A DNA stretch of 64,000 nt from Dehalococcoidia bacterium (lineage in GTDB: Bacteria > Chloroflexota > Dehalococcoidia > Lucifugimonadales > G963668185), in contig CBDFLT010000009.1 in assembly GCA_965249225.1 (NCBI GenBank), positions 91,742 to 155,741 on the forward strand, read 5' to 3'. The notes under the pieces are model-generated. The model had not been told where the DNA came from and did no database searches. It saw only the letters and a list, made by a program, of their open reading frames with translations. Numbering within the stretch: the stretch's first letter is position 1; every line of letters begins with the position of its first letter. The position numbers were made by a program, and so were the translations under genes. Shown here one piece after another: positions 16,777-27,025 of this stretch.

Positions 16777-19365
16777 ATGCCCGAATCCCAAGCGGTAATG
16801 CTTCCGGGAGACGTTCGACCCGTCAGCTATGATCTGACGTTGACGCCCGATCTCGAGAGGTTCACCTTCCGGGGCGATGAGACCATCGAAATCGAGGTGC
16901 TGGAGCCGACCGACAGGATCGTCCTGAATTGCACGGAGATCGACATCCAGTCGTGTCGCGTGACTCTCGCTGACGGCAATGCCTTGGCCCCAGATAACAC
17001 CCGAATGGACCAGGCCGAGGAGACGGCCACGTTCTGGTTCGGCGCGACGCTCCCGCGGGGGATTGCCCGGCTCCACATCAACTTCTCCGGGCAACTCAAC
17101 GACAGGTTACGAGGCTTCTACCGCAGCAGCTACACCGACCCCAACGGAGAAGAACGTTACCTGGCAACGACTCAGTTCGAGGCCACTGACGCCCGGCGCG
17201 CCTTCCCTTGTTGGGATGAGCCATCGCTGAAGGCGAGGTTTCGAATTACGCTGGTTATTCCGGCGGACCTGGTCGCCATATCCAACATGGAGGTAGAGCG
17301 CGAGACTCGCGAGAAACCCGGCCTCAAGGCGGTCCGATTCTCGGAAACCCCTGTCATGTCCACCTATGTTCTCGCCTTCGTCGTGGGCGACATCAGGTCC
17401 ATCCAGCAGAGAGCTGGAGACGGCACCTTGGTCCGTGTATGGGCGACCCCCGGCGCGGAAGCGCAAGGTCAGTTCGCGCTGGAGACATCGGTCAAGCTAC
17501 TAGACTACTTTAACGACTACTTCGGGATCCCATACCCACTCGACAAGCTGGACCACGTAGCGATCCCCGATTTCGCGGCGGGCGCGATGGAAAACTGGGG
17601 GCTGATTACCTACAGGGAGAGGGCGCTGCTGGTCGACCCGGACAAGAGCTCAACCCGCACCCGACAGGGCGTCGCCGCCATCGTGTCTCACGAAGTGGCC
17701 CACATGTGGTTCGGCGACCTGGTGACAATGTCCTGGTGGAACGACCTGTGGCTCAACGAGAGCTTCGCTTCCTGGATGGGCGACAAAGCGGTCGACCACC
17801 TGTTCCCCGAGTGGCGTGTGTGGACCCAGTTCCTGAGTGCGGACACCAACCAGGCGCTGAGCCTCGACGGCCTCAAGAACTCCCATCCGATCGAGCAGAC
17901 GGTAAACCACCCCACGGAGATACAGGAGCTTTTCGATGAGATCAGCTACAGCAAGGGCGCGTCGATTATCCGCATGCTGGAGCAGTTCCTGGGCCCCGAG
18001 GTATTTCGTCAGGGACTACACGAGTACCTGGCCGACCATGAGTATGCCAACGCTCGGACGCACGACCTATGGAACGCACTGGCGAAGGCGTCCGGACAGC
18101 CCGTAGCCGAGGTGATGGACACATGGACGAACCAGACCGGCTACCCTGTGCTCGACGTCGAGACGCGCCGGGAAAATAACGCCGTTGAGGTCTCGTTTAC
18201 CCAAAGGAGGTTCGTGTACGAGGACATCCTAGGGCAAAAGGATCGGGGCGGCACCCTATGGAGGGTCCCAGCCAAGGTCAGCATTGCAGGCGTCAACAAG
18301 GCTGCCTCGGTCCTGATGAATGGGCCAACCGCCACGGTGACGGTCGAGTCCACCACCTCACCGGCGTGGATCAAGGTCAACCCCTCGCACACCGGGTTCT
18401 ACCGGGTCAACTACCAGCGCGACGATTGGGACAGGCTGGCACAGGCGATCGAGGGTGGAGAGATGTCCGCCGACGACAGGCTTGGCCTCCAGAACGACGC
18501 CTACGCCCTATCCAGAGCGGGGCTCCTTCCAGTGAGTCGGTTCTTTGAGTTTGTGCGGGTCTACTCTCACGAGACGGATGCGTCCGTGTGCGCCGACCTG
18601 GCGGTCAACCTGGCCAGCGCCGATACCCTTCTCAACAGCGAGCCCTATTACACCAGCTTTCAGGGCTTCGCACGTGACATCTTCAAGCCCATCGGCGAGA
18701 GGATGGGTTGGGACCCTACAAAGGGGGAGGGGGACATGGACGCGGTGCTGCGCGGGACGGTACTGGCGCAGCTGGGCCACTATGAAGATGAGCAGACTTT
18801 AGCGGAAGCGAGCGCTCGCTTCGCTCGGTACTTGGAAGACTCATCCAGCGTCAATCCCGACATCCGGCCCGCGGTGTTCGTCCTGGCGGCGCGGCGTGGC
18901 GACAGAACCACTTACGACAAGCTGTGGGAACTCCACAATGGCGAAAAGCTTCAGGAGGAGAAGCTCCGCCTCGTCACCGCTCTGACCCAGTTTCGCCAAA
19001 TGGAGCTGTTGCAGGAGACCCTCGAGCGCTCCCTCTCCGAAGAAGTCCGCTCCCAGGACGCGATAGGGGTGGTGATCGGCGTAGGGTCCAACCGGCACGG
19101 CCGAGAGTTGGCGTGGCGGTTCCTCAAGGAGAACTGGAAAGAGTATTACCGCCGATACGGCGAGGGCGGGTTTGGGATAATGCGACTGGTGTCCATCGTT
19201 TCCGCCTTCAACACCGAGGCGCAAAGGCGGGACGTCGAGGAGTTCTTCAAAGCCAACCCTGCGCCAGCCGTCGAGCGAAGCATCCGACAGTCGTTAGAGC
19301 GGATCCAACTTAATATCGCCTGGCTGGAGCGCAACCGCGACGACCTGGCTGCGTGGTTCGGATGA
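16777..19365 (+). CDS. pepN: Aminopeptidase N (M1 family)
   Basis: The 862-aa ORF has a GAMEN exopeptidase motif and the HEVAHMWFGD...WLNESFA zinc site. Confidence 0.92.
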   Translation: MPESQAVMLPGDVRPVSYDLTLTPDLERFTFRGDETIEIEVLEPTDRIVLNCTEIDIQSCRVTLADGNALAPDNTRMDQAEETATFWFGATLPRGIARLHINFSGQLNDRLRGFYRSSYTDPNGEERYLATTQFEATDARRAFPCWDEPSLKARFRITLVIPADLVAISNMEVERETREKPGLKAVRFSETPVMSTYVLAFVVGDIRSIQQRAGDGTLVRVWATPGAEAQGQFALETSVKLLDYFNDYFGIPYPLDKLDHVAIPDFAAGAMENWGLITYRERALLVDPDKSSTRTRQGVAAIVSHEVAHMWFGDLVTMSWWNDLWLNESFASWMGDKAVDHLFPEWRVWTQFLSADTNQALSLDGLKNSHPIEQTVNHPTEIQELFDEISYSKGASIIRMLEQFLGPEVFRQGLHEYLADHEYANARTHDLWNALAKASGQPVAEVMDTWTNQTGYPVLDVETRRENNAVEVSFTQRRFVYEDILGQKDRGGTLWRVPAKVSIAGVNKAASVLMNGPTATVTVESTTSPAWIKVNPSHTGFYRVNYQRDDWDRLAQAIEGGEMSADDRLGLQNDAYALSRAGLLPVSRFFEFVRVYSHETDASVCADLAVNLASADTLLNSEPYYTSFQGFARDIFKPIGERMGWDPTKGEGDMDAVLRGTVLAQLGHYEDEQTLAEASARFARYLEDSSSVNPDIRPAVFVLAARRGDRTTYDKLWELHNGEKLQEEKLRLVTALTQFRQMELLQETLERSLSEEVRSQDAIGVVIGVGSNRHGRELAWRFLKENWKEYYRRYGEGGFGIMRLVSIVSAFNTEAQRRDVEEFFKANPAPAVERSIRQSLERIQLNIAWLERNRDDLAAWFG

Positions 19366-20512
19366 AAATCGTTATCGCGCCCCAGGCTTTCAAAGGAAGC
19401 ATATCCGCCCTGACGGCCGCTCAGGCGATGAGGGATGGAGTACTCCGGGCGCTCCCTGAGGCCGACACCGTTCTGGTCCCGGTGGCGGACGGTGGGGACG
19501 GCACCCTGGAGACCCTCGTGGAAGGATCGGGCGGCCAGGTACACTCCGCGCAAGTAACGGGTCCGCTGGGAGATCAGGTCAAGGCCCAGTGGGGCGCCCT
19601 GGGCGATGGAAAGACTGCCATCGTCGAAATGGCACGCACCTCGGGCCTGGCGCTGGTACCGATTGAAAGAAGGGACCCTCGGACCACAACCACCTACGGC
19701 CTCGGTGAGGTGATCGGTAGGGCGCTGGAAGAGGGATACCGGCGCTTCGTAGTCGGCATCGGAGGCAGCGCGACCAACGACGCGGGCGCGGCATGGCCCA
19801 GGCTCTGGGCGTCCGCCTGCTGGACTCCCAGGGCGAGGACCTACCCTTTGGCGGCGCCTCCCTGACCCGTCTGGAGCGGATCGACCTCTCGGGGCTCGAC
19901 CCCCGGGCGAAGGGGTCCGAGTTCCTGGTGGCGTGCGACGTCACCAACCCGATGACCGGCCCCGAGGGCGCCTCGGCCGTGTACGGCCCCCAAAAGGGAG
20001 CGACGCCCGACATGGTGAAGCAGCTGGGCGCGGCGTTGGGGCACTTCGCGGACGTCGTAGAGCGCGACATCGGAGCGAAAATCAAGGACATCCCCGGGGC
20101 GGGTGCTGCCGGCGGTCTTGGAGGCGGGATGATCGCATTCCTGAACGGGAAGCTCCAGTCGGGGGTCGATATCGTCCTCAGTACTCTTGAGTTCGACGAG
20201 CGCCTGGAGGGGGCGAACCTGGTCATCACCGGGGAAGGCTCCCTGGACTACCAGACGGTCTACAACAAGGCCCCCATCGGCGTCGCTCGAATGGCCAAAT
20301 CCCGTGGAATCCCGGTCATAGCCATCTCAGGGTCCCTGGGAGACCGCTTCCACCATGTGCACACCGAAGGCATCGACGCGGCCTTCGCCATCACAGATGC
20401 TCCGATGTCGCTGGAGGAGGCGTCAACGCACGCGCCCGAATTGGTGGCCTCGGCCACCGAGCAGGCCTTACGCGCCATGAAAGTAGCCGGCAAAGTCTTC
20501 GAAACGGGGTAA
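19362..20512 (+). pseudogene. glxK: Glycerate kinase interrupted by a 1-nt frameshift
   Basis: Two tracked ORFs (19353..19865 and 19793..20512) are the N- and C-terminal halves of GlxK/GarK. The frame breaks inside the conserved GGSATND(A/G)GAGM.QALG motif, at gcgggcgcggcatgg around 19789-19792. The start ATG 19362 overlaps the pepN TGA as ATGA. Confidence 0.85.
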
Positions 20513-20514
20513 GC

Positions 20515-21270
20515 CTACCCCAGCAGCACCATGTGGACCTGACCAGGCCCGTGGACGCCCTCGACAATGGTCTGCTCGATGTCGGCCGTCCGGCTCGGCC
20601 CAGAAATCAGGCTCATGTAGCCGCCCACGTTTCCCTGTAGAAACCGGTGCCTCTCCAACGTGAAAAGCTCGTCCAGGCTCGGCAGGACCTGCCTCCGCTC
20701 AACGACAGCCACGTAAACCGGTGGAAGGAGCGATACCAGGCGGCTGACACCCCTTCCCGCCAGTAGCACGCAGGTCCCAGTTTCCGCAACGGCATAGTCG
20801 ACGCCTGTCACCCCGACGTCCGCTTCGACGGCCCGCTCACGAAGCACCAGTCTCTGCCGCTCGCGTTCAGGGCCTTCCACTCCATCTTCGATAACCATAC
20901 GACTGACAGATACCCCCTGACGCGATAGGGCCTCGTCGAGCTCCAGTTGGTCCAGCACAGGGTGGGTCGAGCGGACGACTGACCTAGCCCCCAGGCCACG
21001 CATAAGCTCCTCTATGTACGTTGCCGCCGCCCGCGGCGTCACCGCTCGGAATACGGTCCAATGTGCCTTGGTGGCTGAGTCCTCCAGTTCCGCCATGAGC
21101 TCATCGGCACGGGACCCGGCCTCCTCGCTTATCTTTCGGGCGAGCGCCTGTACCGACCTCTCATCCCGTGACAAGGCCGTTTCAGGCGACGGCTCGACGA
21201 CCTCCCCAGAAGGGCGCCCAAGTGCCTGGCGCACCGTCTCAAGAAACTGCTCGCGATCTGAGCGGGCCAT
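20515..21270 (-). CDS. lutC: Lactate utilization protein C (LUD domain)
   Basis: It is the third gene of a lutA-lutB-lutC arrangement and encodes a 251-aa LUD-domain-like protein. Confidence 0.75.
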   Translation of the reverse strand: MARSDREQFLETVRQALGRPSGEVVEPSPETALSRDERSVQALARKISEEAGSRADELMAELEDSATKAHWTVFRAVTPRAAATYIEELMRGLGARSVVRSTHPVLDQLELDEALSRQGVSVSRMVIEDGVEGPERERQRLVLRERAVEADVGVTGVDYAVAETGTCVLLAGRGVSRLVSLLPPVYVAVVERRQVLPSLDELFTLERHRFLQGNVGGYMSLISGPSRTADIEQTIVEGVHGPGQVHMVLLG

Positions 21271-22712
21271 CAGCTGTCGTCACGGGGCCGGCCGAGGTAC
21301 TTCCGCCAGCGGTCGCGGAAGGGAGCGGGCGAGAGCGCTGGAAAGCTTCGAAACTTCGTCCAGCCTGAGAGAGGCGGAGGCAGCCTCGTAATTCGTCGGC
21401 TCTTCACTATAGGCCACTGCAGAAGCCTTCCAAGCCTGCTTGCGATAGCCAGTGCAAGGGGGGACGACACCGTGAGCCGCCAGCCCCTCATCGCAAGCCT
21501 TTCTCCGACCGTGGCGCTCCTTTCCTCAGGGTAACGCTCTCCGTCGGCCAGTTCATGCCGCAGGTGAAGAAGCATCCGGGGAATGTTTATTTTGACCGGG
21601 CACACCTCGTGGCAGGCCCCGCACAGGCTGGATGCGTAGGGCAGGTCCTTGCCATCCGACAGCCCGGTCAGCATGGGGGAGACCACCGCTCCGATGGGTC
21701 CCGAATACACCCACCCGTAGGCGTGGCCGCCCACCTTGCGGTATACGGGGCAGACGTTGAGGCAAGCACCGCACCGCACGCAGTAGAGCGCCTCCCGCAG
21801 GTCGGGGTCGGCCAAGATCCGCGAGCGTCCGTTGTCCACCAGGACCAGATGAAACTCCTCGGGCCCATCCTCATCGTCTGGCCTGCGTGGACCCGAGACC
21901 AGGGTGACGTAGCTGGTGAGGCGTTGTCCGGTAGCCGACCGAATCAGGAGACGTAAGAAGATCCCCAGATCCTCTATGGATGGGACTATCTTCTCCATGC
22001 CGGTAATCGCCACATGGACCCTGGGCATCGACGTGCACATGCGGCCGTTGCCCTCGTTGGTGACCAGCACCACCGTACCGGACTCCGCCACCACGAAGTT
22101 GGCCCCTGTAATTCCAATGTCGGCCCCGACGAACTTCTCTCTGAGCAGCCGCCGCGCCTCCTGAGTCAGCTCGCTGGCCTCGTGATACCGAGGAGTGCCG
22201 AGTTTCTCGGCAAAGAGCGCCGAAATCTCCTCGCGGGACTTGTGGACCGCGGGGGCGATTATGTGATAGGGAGTCTCCTCCGCCAACTGGATTATGTATT
22301 CGCCCAGGTCGGTCTCCACCGCCTCTATTCCGGCCTCTTCCAGCCTCTCGTTTAGCCCTATCTCCTCTGAGACCATGGACTTGCCCTTGATGACAGTCTT
22401 GGCGCCCTTAGCCCGCGCTAGGTCGAGAATATACCGGTTGGCGGCCTCGGCGTCCGTCGCGAAGAAGACCTTGCCACCGGCACTGGTGACGCTGGATTCC
22501 ACCATCTCAAGGTAGTGGTCGAGGTTGTCCATGGTATGGGCTTTGATAGCCCTGGCCACGTCCCGCATTCGCTCCCAGTTTGGAGTGGCCTGACCCGCTT
22601 CAATCCTGGCCTGGTGGAAGCCCTCGTACAGGACAGCGAGATTTTCCTGTATCTGACGGTCCGCCATCGCCGCGGCCGCGCCATGTTTGAACTGCTTGGT
22701 CCTGGGCTTCAT
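21270..22712 (-). CDS. lutB: Lactate utilization protein B (Fe-S, LUD domain)
   Basis: The 480-aa ORF has ferredoxin-type motifs CVRCGACLNVCPVY and CGACHEVCPV. Confidence 0.85.
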   Translation of the reverse strand: MKPRTKQFKHGAAAAMADRQIQENLAVLYEGFHQARIEAGQATPNWERMRDVARAIKAHTMDNLDHYLEMVESSVTSAGGKVFFATDAEAANRYILDLARAKGAKTVIKGKSMVSEEIGLNERLEEAGIEAVETDLGEYIIQLAEETPYHIIAPAVHKSREEISALFAEKLGTPRYHEASELTQEARRLLREKFVGADIGITGANFVVAESGTVVLVTNEGNGRMCTSMPRVHVAITGMEKIVPSIEDLGIFLRLLIRSATGQRLTSYVTLVSGPRRPDDEDGPEEFHLVLVDNGRSRILADPDLREALYCVRCGACLNVCPVYRKVGGHAYGWVYSGPIGAVVSPMLTGLSDGKDLPYASSLCGACHEVCPVKINIPRMLLHLRHELADGERYPEERSATVGERLAMRGWRLTVSSPLALAIASRLGRLLQWPIVKSRRITRLPPPLSGWTKFRSFPALSPAPFRDRWRKYLGRPRDDS

Positions 22713-22718
22713 TGGCTC

Positions 22719-23507
22719 TTAGCCCTCACCGGTGGCCTCATCCAGAAGCTGAGCAAGGTGCAAAGCATCCACGGATACGCCTTGCTTCTCCAGCCCCCCT
22801 GCTATCTGCATGAGGCAACTGCTGTCGCAGGCGACAACGGCGTCCGCCCCGGTGTCCCGAATTTTATCGATCTTGTCCTGCAGCATGGCGCCGGAGATAT
22901 CGGGGTACTTGATCGAGAAGGTGCCACCAAAGCCACAGCAGACGTCGGCCTGGTCCATCTCCACCAGGCGCACGTCAGGAAGCGACGCGATCAGGGTACG
23001 CGGCTGGGTAGTTGCCCCCAGCTCCCTTCGCAGGTGGCACGACTCGTGGTATGTGACCTTCCGCTCTGGCGACGCAGCACGAGCTTCAGCGGGCGTCTTT
23101 AGACGCGTGATCCCCAGTACGTCCACAATGAACTCCGACATCTCATAGGTCCGGGAGCCCAGCTCATCGGCCTTTTTCAGCAGCTCGGGATCGTCACGGA
23201 GCAGGTCGCGGTAGAAGACGCGGACCATGGCGGCACATGAGCCAGAAGGGGTGACGATATACCTGCTTTCGCCGAAGACCTTCAGAAAGCGCTGGGCCAG
23301 GGGTTTAGCGTCACTCCAGAAGCCGGAGTTGAAGGCCGGCTGGCCGCAGCACGTCTGGCCCTGGGGGAAGTCCACGTCCACACCCAACCGACGGAGGACG
23401 CGTACGGCGCTCTCACCGACCTGGGGGTAGAACTGGTCGACGATGCACGTCACAAACAGCGAGGCCTGCACTTGGGAGGTGCCTACGCTCATTCTCGGGG
23501 CCACCAC
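22719..23507 (-). CDS. lutA: Lactate utilization protein A ((Fe-S) oxidoreductase, CCG domains)
   Basis: LFVTCIVDQFYPQVGESAVRVLRRLGVDVDFPQGQTCCGQPAFNSG is a typical LutA/GlpC-like N-terminus. Confidence 0.85.
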   Translation of the reverse strand: MVAPRMSVGTSQVQASLFVTCIVDQFYPQVGESAVRVLRRLGVDVDFPQGQTCCGQPAFNSGFWSDAKPLAQRFLKVFGESRYIVTPSGSCAAMVRVFYRDLLRDDPELLKKADELGSRTYEMSEFIVDVLGITRLKTPAEARAASPERKVTYHESCHLRRELGATTQPRTLIASLPDVRLVEMDQADVCCGFGGTFSIKYPDISGAMLQDKIDKIRDTGADAVVACDSSCLMQIAGGLEKQGVSVDALHLAQLLDEATGEG

Positions 23508-23511
23508 CCGG

Positions 23512-23757
23512 CTAGAATGCGATGCCGTGGACGATGAAGCCCAGCAGCCAGCCCATTATGAAGGCGGGACCGGCCGCGAACAGCATACTCTCGGTGCGAT
23601 GCTGCGCCGGGCCGTGTAGCCTCAGGTAAACAACGAAGGCTCCAAGGCCGATGGCCACCAGCCACACCGAAGCATCGTTCACACCGAGCCCCAGGCCTAT
23701 CACAAAGCCCGCAGCCGCCCAGGAGAACGGCGAGTCGATAAATCGCGTAAACGGCAC
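23512..23757 (-). CDS. Small hypothetical membrane protein (81 aa, 3 predicted TM segments)
   Basis: The sequence shows hydrophobic segments. The ORF ends 4 nt before the lutA start. Confidence 0.5.
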   Translation of the reverse strand: MPFTRFIDSPFSWAAAGFVIGLGLGVNDASVWLVAIGLGAFVVYLRLHGPAQHRTESMLFAAGPAFIMGWLLGFIVHGIAF

Positions 23758-23829
23758 CTCTAGCTACCTCTGGGCAAGGATACACCGCCAAAGGTCGGCC
23801 CGCAATTGAGAAACACTTTGGGGAACCCC

Positions 23830-25326
23830 CTAGATGAACCTGGCCTGCCGGCCTGGCTCCCCAGCGTAGTCGATGTAAACCGTAACGACCTCGGTGAAGA
23901 AGTCCACGGCCTCCGTACCCTGCTCACGGTGCCCAACGCCCGACGACTTCATGCCGCCGAACGGTAAGTGGACCTCACCCCCCAGCGTTGGAGAGTTGAC
24001 GTGGACCATGCCCGCCTCGACCGAGTTTACGTATCGGAAAGCCTGGGTCAGGTCCCTCGTGTAGACCGAGGACGAGAGCCCGAACTCGACGCCGTTAGAG
24101 ATCTCCACCGCATGGTCGAGGTCCCTGGCCTTGAACACGGTAAGCACCGGGCCAAAGATCTCCTCCTGGGAGATACGCATATCTGGACGGACGTCGGCGA
24201 AGATGGTGGGCTCGATGTAGTAGCCATCGTCGAAGATGCCTCCCGACAGCGCGTTGCCGCCGTAGACCAGCCTTGCGCCCTCCTCCGCGCCGATGCCTAT
24301 ATAGCCCATCACGATGCCAAACTGCGCCTCGCTGGCCAGCGGCCCCACATCCACGTCCGGGTCGAGGCCGTCGCCGACCTTCAACTTGCTGGTGCGGTCG
24401 ACGAGCTGCCCCATGAACTCGTCGTAGATGGCATCCTCGACTATGACGCGGCTGGTCGCCGTACAGCGTTGACCTGTGGAGCCAAAGGCACCCTGCACGA
24501 TACCGTCGAGGGCTTTGTCCAGATCGGCATCCGACAGCAATATCACGGCGTTCTTTCCGCCCATCTCGCACTGCATCTTCTTCAGCCGACGCGCGCCCTC
24601 GGCGTAAATCCCACCGCCTACCTCGGTGGACCCTGTAAAGGAGATTCCCCTGACATGAGGGCTTTCCACCAACGCATTACCCACCGACGATCCCGGCCCG
24701 GTGACCAGGTTCAAGACGCCGGAGGGCAACCCCGCCTCTTCGAACACCTCTACCAGCTTTACCGCGCTCATGGGCGTGGACGACGCGGGTTTAAATACAA
24801 CGGAGTTGCCGCAGACGAGGGCGGGCGCTATCTTCCAGGCCGGTATGGCGATAGGGAAGTTCCACGGCGTAATGATCGCTACCACGCCCAGCGGGCGACG
24901 CACAGTGTATGCCACCGTGCTGGGCAACTCGGACGGAGTGGTGTAGCCGAACATGCGTCGGCCCTCCCCCGCCGCGTACTCCAAGACGTTCATCGCCCGC
25001 TTCACTTCGCCTCGGGCATCGGCCAGGGGCTTGCCCTCCTCGGCCGTGATGGCACGGGCGATCTCGTCGCCCCGACGGTCCAGTATCCCCTGCGCTCGGA
25101 AAAGAACCGAGGCCCTTTCGGGAGCAGGGGTGTCCGCCCATTTCGACTGTGCTTTTTTCGCCTCTTCCACGGCCCGAAGAGCATCTTCTGCCGTAGAGGT
25201 CTGGAACTCGCCCAGCACGATGTCTTTTTTCGACGGACTGGTGATGGGGTATGTGCGGCCCGACTCCGACTCCACCCATCGGCCGCCGATGAAATTCTTG
25301 TAGGTCCTGACCTCCGCTGACATCAC
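23830..25326 (-). CDS. NAD(P)+-dependent aldehyde dehydrogenase
   Basis: The 498-aa ORF contains the catalytic region EMGGKNA and GQRCTA, plus FTGSTEVG. Confidence 0.9.
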   Translation of the reverse strand: MMSAEVRTYKNFIGGRWVESESGRTYPITSPSKKDIVLGEFQTSTAEDALRAVEEAKKAQSKWADTPAPERASVLFRAQGILDRRGDEIARAITAEEGKPLADARGEVKRAMNVLEYAAGEGRRMFGYTTPSELPSTVAYTVRRPLGVVAIITPWNFPIAIPAWKIAPALVCGNSVVFKPASSTPMSAVKLVEVFEEAGLPSGVLNLVTGPGSSVGNALVESPHVRGISFTGSTEVGGGIYAEGARRLKKMQCEMGGKNAVILLSDADLDKALDGIVQGAFGSTGQRCTATSRVIVEDAIYDEFMGQLVDRTSKLKVGDGLDPDVDVGPLASEAQFGIVMGYIGIGAEEGARLVYGGNALSGGIFDDGYYIEPTIFADVRPDMRISQEEIFGPVLTVFKARDLDHAVEISNGVEFGLSSSVYTRDLTQAFRYVNSVEAGMVHVNSPTLGGEVHLPFGGMKSSGVGHREQGTEAVDFFTEVVTVYIDYAGEPGRQARFI

Positions 25327-25690
25327 ACTCCAAAAGCCTACTTTAGAGTCCTTATCCGTCTATCAGTGAGTCACCCAAGTTATCACCCCTCCCCCACGAA
25401 CGATGACCCCACCAAGCCCAATAGCCATACCCAACTCTTCCCGAGGAAGGGCGCCGGGTCCGTTAACCAGCCGGGGCTTTAGAACGGCGATAACGTATCA
25501 TGCGGACTCTGGGCGAGCAAGCAGGCGGAGAACCGAGGCACTACACGTAGCATCATCAGATTGAGACCACCGGACGTGAGCGAGCGTCCATCCAGCTTGT
25601 GAGGTTTGACCCGGCCGTGCGCCTCAATTATCATGCACTCACGCTTGATGGACGCGTGCACCGCCTAGTCAAGCAAGAAGGAGGAGTGTC

Positions 25691-27025
25691 ATGGAAGACG
25701 TCCGAGTCGAGCTGGAGAGGCGGACCCCAAAATCGAAGGGGATGTACGAACGCGCTGGAGAGGTGCTCGCTCAGGAGGTGGTGAGTACCCTGGCCATGCC
25801 ACATCCCGTCTACATCAAGGAGGCCAAGGGCCCCCACATGACCGACGTGGATGACAACGAGTACCTCGATCTTTCCATAGGATTCGGCGTACATATCCTG
25901 GGCCATGCGCCCGATTTCATTCTAGAGGCGGTAAAGGAGGCCACCAGCCGGGGACTGCAATGGGGGCTGCATAACGCCGAGCAGGAGCAGTTGGCCCGCC
26001 TGATAGTGGAGGCGGCGCCCTGCGCCGACAAGGTGGTATTCGCCAACACCGGCACCGAGGCGACCTTGTACGCCCTCCGCGCCGCGCGGGCCTATACTGG
26101 CAAGGACAAGATCGCCATTTTTACCAACTGCTATCACGGCGCACACGACTACACCCTGGCCATGACCCACCCCGACAGTCCTCCCGACAGGCCTACGTTC
26201 TCCCCCAGGGGAATCGGTATCCCCCAGGACACCCAGCAAAACACGATAATGCTCCCCTACATGACAGACGCCGCCTTCGATTTGATCCGAGAGAACAAAG
26301 ACGAGCTGGCGGCGGTGATAATCGAACCGGCCCAGGGCGCGGGCCCGCGGACTGATGTTGGAGATTTCCTGAAGGGTCTCCTGGACGTATGCCGGGAGTC
26401 GGGCGTGCTCTTGATATTCGATGAGGTCATCACAGGCTTTCGGCTGGCGTACGGCGGCGCTCAGGAGTTCTTCGACGTGGTGCCCGACCTCGCCGCTTAC
26501 GGCAAGGTCCTGGGTGGCGGCATGGCCATAGGCGCTGTAGCCGGCTCCGACGAGGTCATGAAAGTCTTCCCGCGGAGGGGAATAGTAGGCCAGCTTGGCC
26601 CGGGGCAGATATTCACCGGCGGCACCTTCGTCGGCAATCCCATCAGCATGGCCGCCGGCATCGCGTGTATCACCCACCTGCGAGACCATCCAGAGATCTA
26701 CAAGAACCTGGCCATACAGAGCAATCGCCTGACGGACGAGGTAAACCGGTTCTGCATCGCCGAGGAGATCCCGGTGCGAATGGAGAATGCCCTGTCCATG
26801 CTCTACCTGCGGTTCCGGCCCGACCTGGCCGGCGGCCCGAGTGAGGCCGAGTCGCTAAAGGAGGCCGAGGACGAGTTCTACATGCACCTGCTGGTGCACG
26901 GAGTGCTCGTGCCCGGCGACCACTTGTCCCTCCTCTCGGCCGCCCACACGCCCGAAGACGTCGACGCGATCATCGAGGCCATAAAACAGTCCTTCCACGA
27001 AGTCAGGGAGAAGGGACTGATGTAG
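25691..27025 (+). CDS. Class III PLP aminotransferase (glutamate-1-semialdehyde aminomutase-like family)
   Basis: FDEVITGFRLAYGGAQEFFDVVPDLAAYGKVLGGGMAIGAV is the typical PLP-lysine region. The gene is divergent from the ALDH gene. Confidence 0.8.
   Translation: MEDVRVELERRTPKSKGMYERAGEVLAQEVVSTLAMPHPVYIKEAKGPHMTDVDDNEYLDLSIGFGVHILGHAPDFILEAVKEATSRGLQWGLHNAEQEQLARLIVEAAPCADKVVFANTGTEATLYALRAARAYTGKDKIAIFTNCYHGAHDYTLAMTHPDSPPDRPTFSPRGIGIPQDTQQNTIMLPYMTDAAFDLIRENKDELAAVIIEPAQGAGPRTDVGDFLKGLLDVCRESGVLLIFDEVITGFRLAYGGAQEFFDVVPDLAAYGKVLGGGMAIGAVAGSDEVMKVFPRRGIVGQLGPGQIFTGGTFVGNPISMAAGIACITHLRDHPEIYKNLAIQSNRLTDEVNRFCIAEEIPVRMENALSMLYLRFRPDLAGGPSEAESLKEAEDEFYMHLLVHGVLVPGDHLSLLSAAHTPEDVDAIIEAIKQSFHEVREKGLM

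Noticed and set aside
23968-25320. 450-aa plus-strand ORF, among the longer ORFs in the track
   Set aside because: It lies exactly antisense to the aldehyde dehydrogenase gene and is Arg/Gly/His-rich with no motifs, while the minus frame carries clear ALDH signatures. It is a typical high-GC shadow ORF. The same reasoning applies to 485..1018, 1096..1812, 8931..9641, 14988..15851, 25922..26689, 49076..50107 and 57215..57976.
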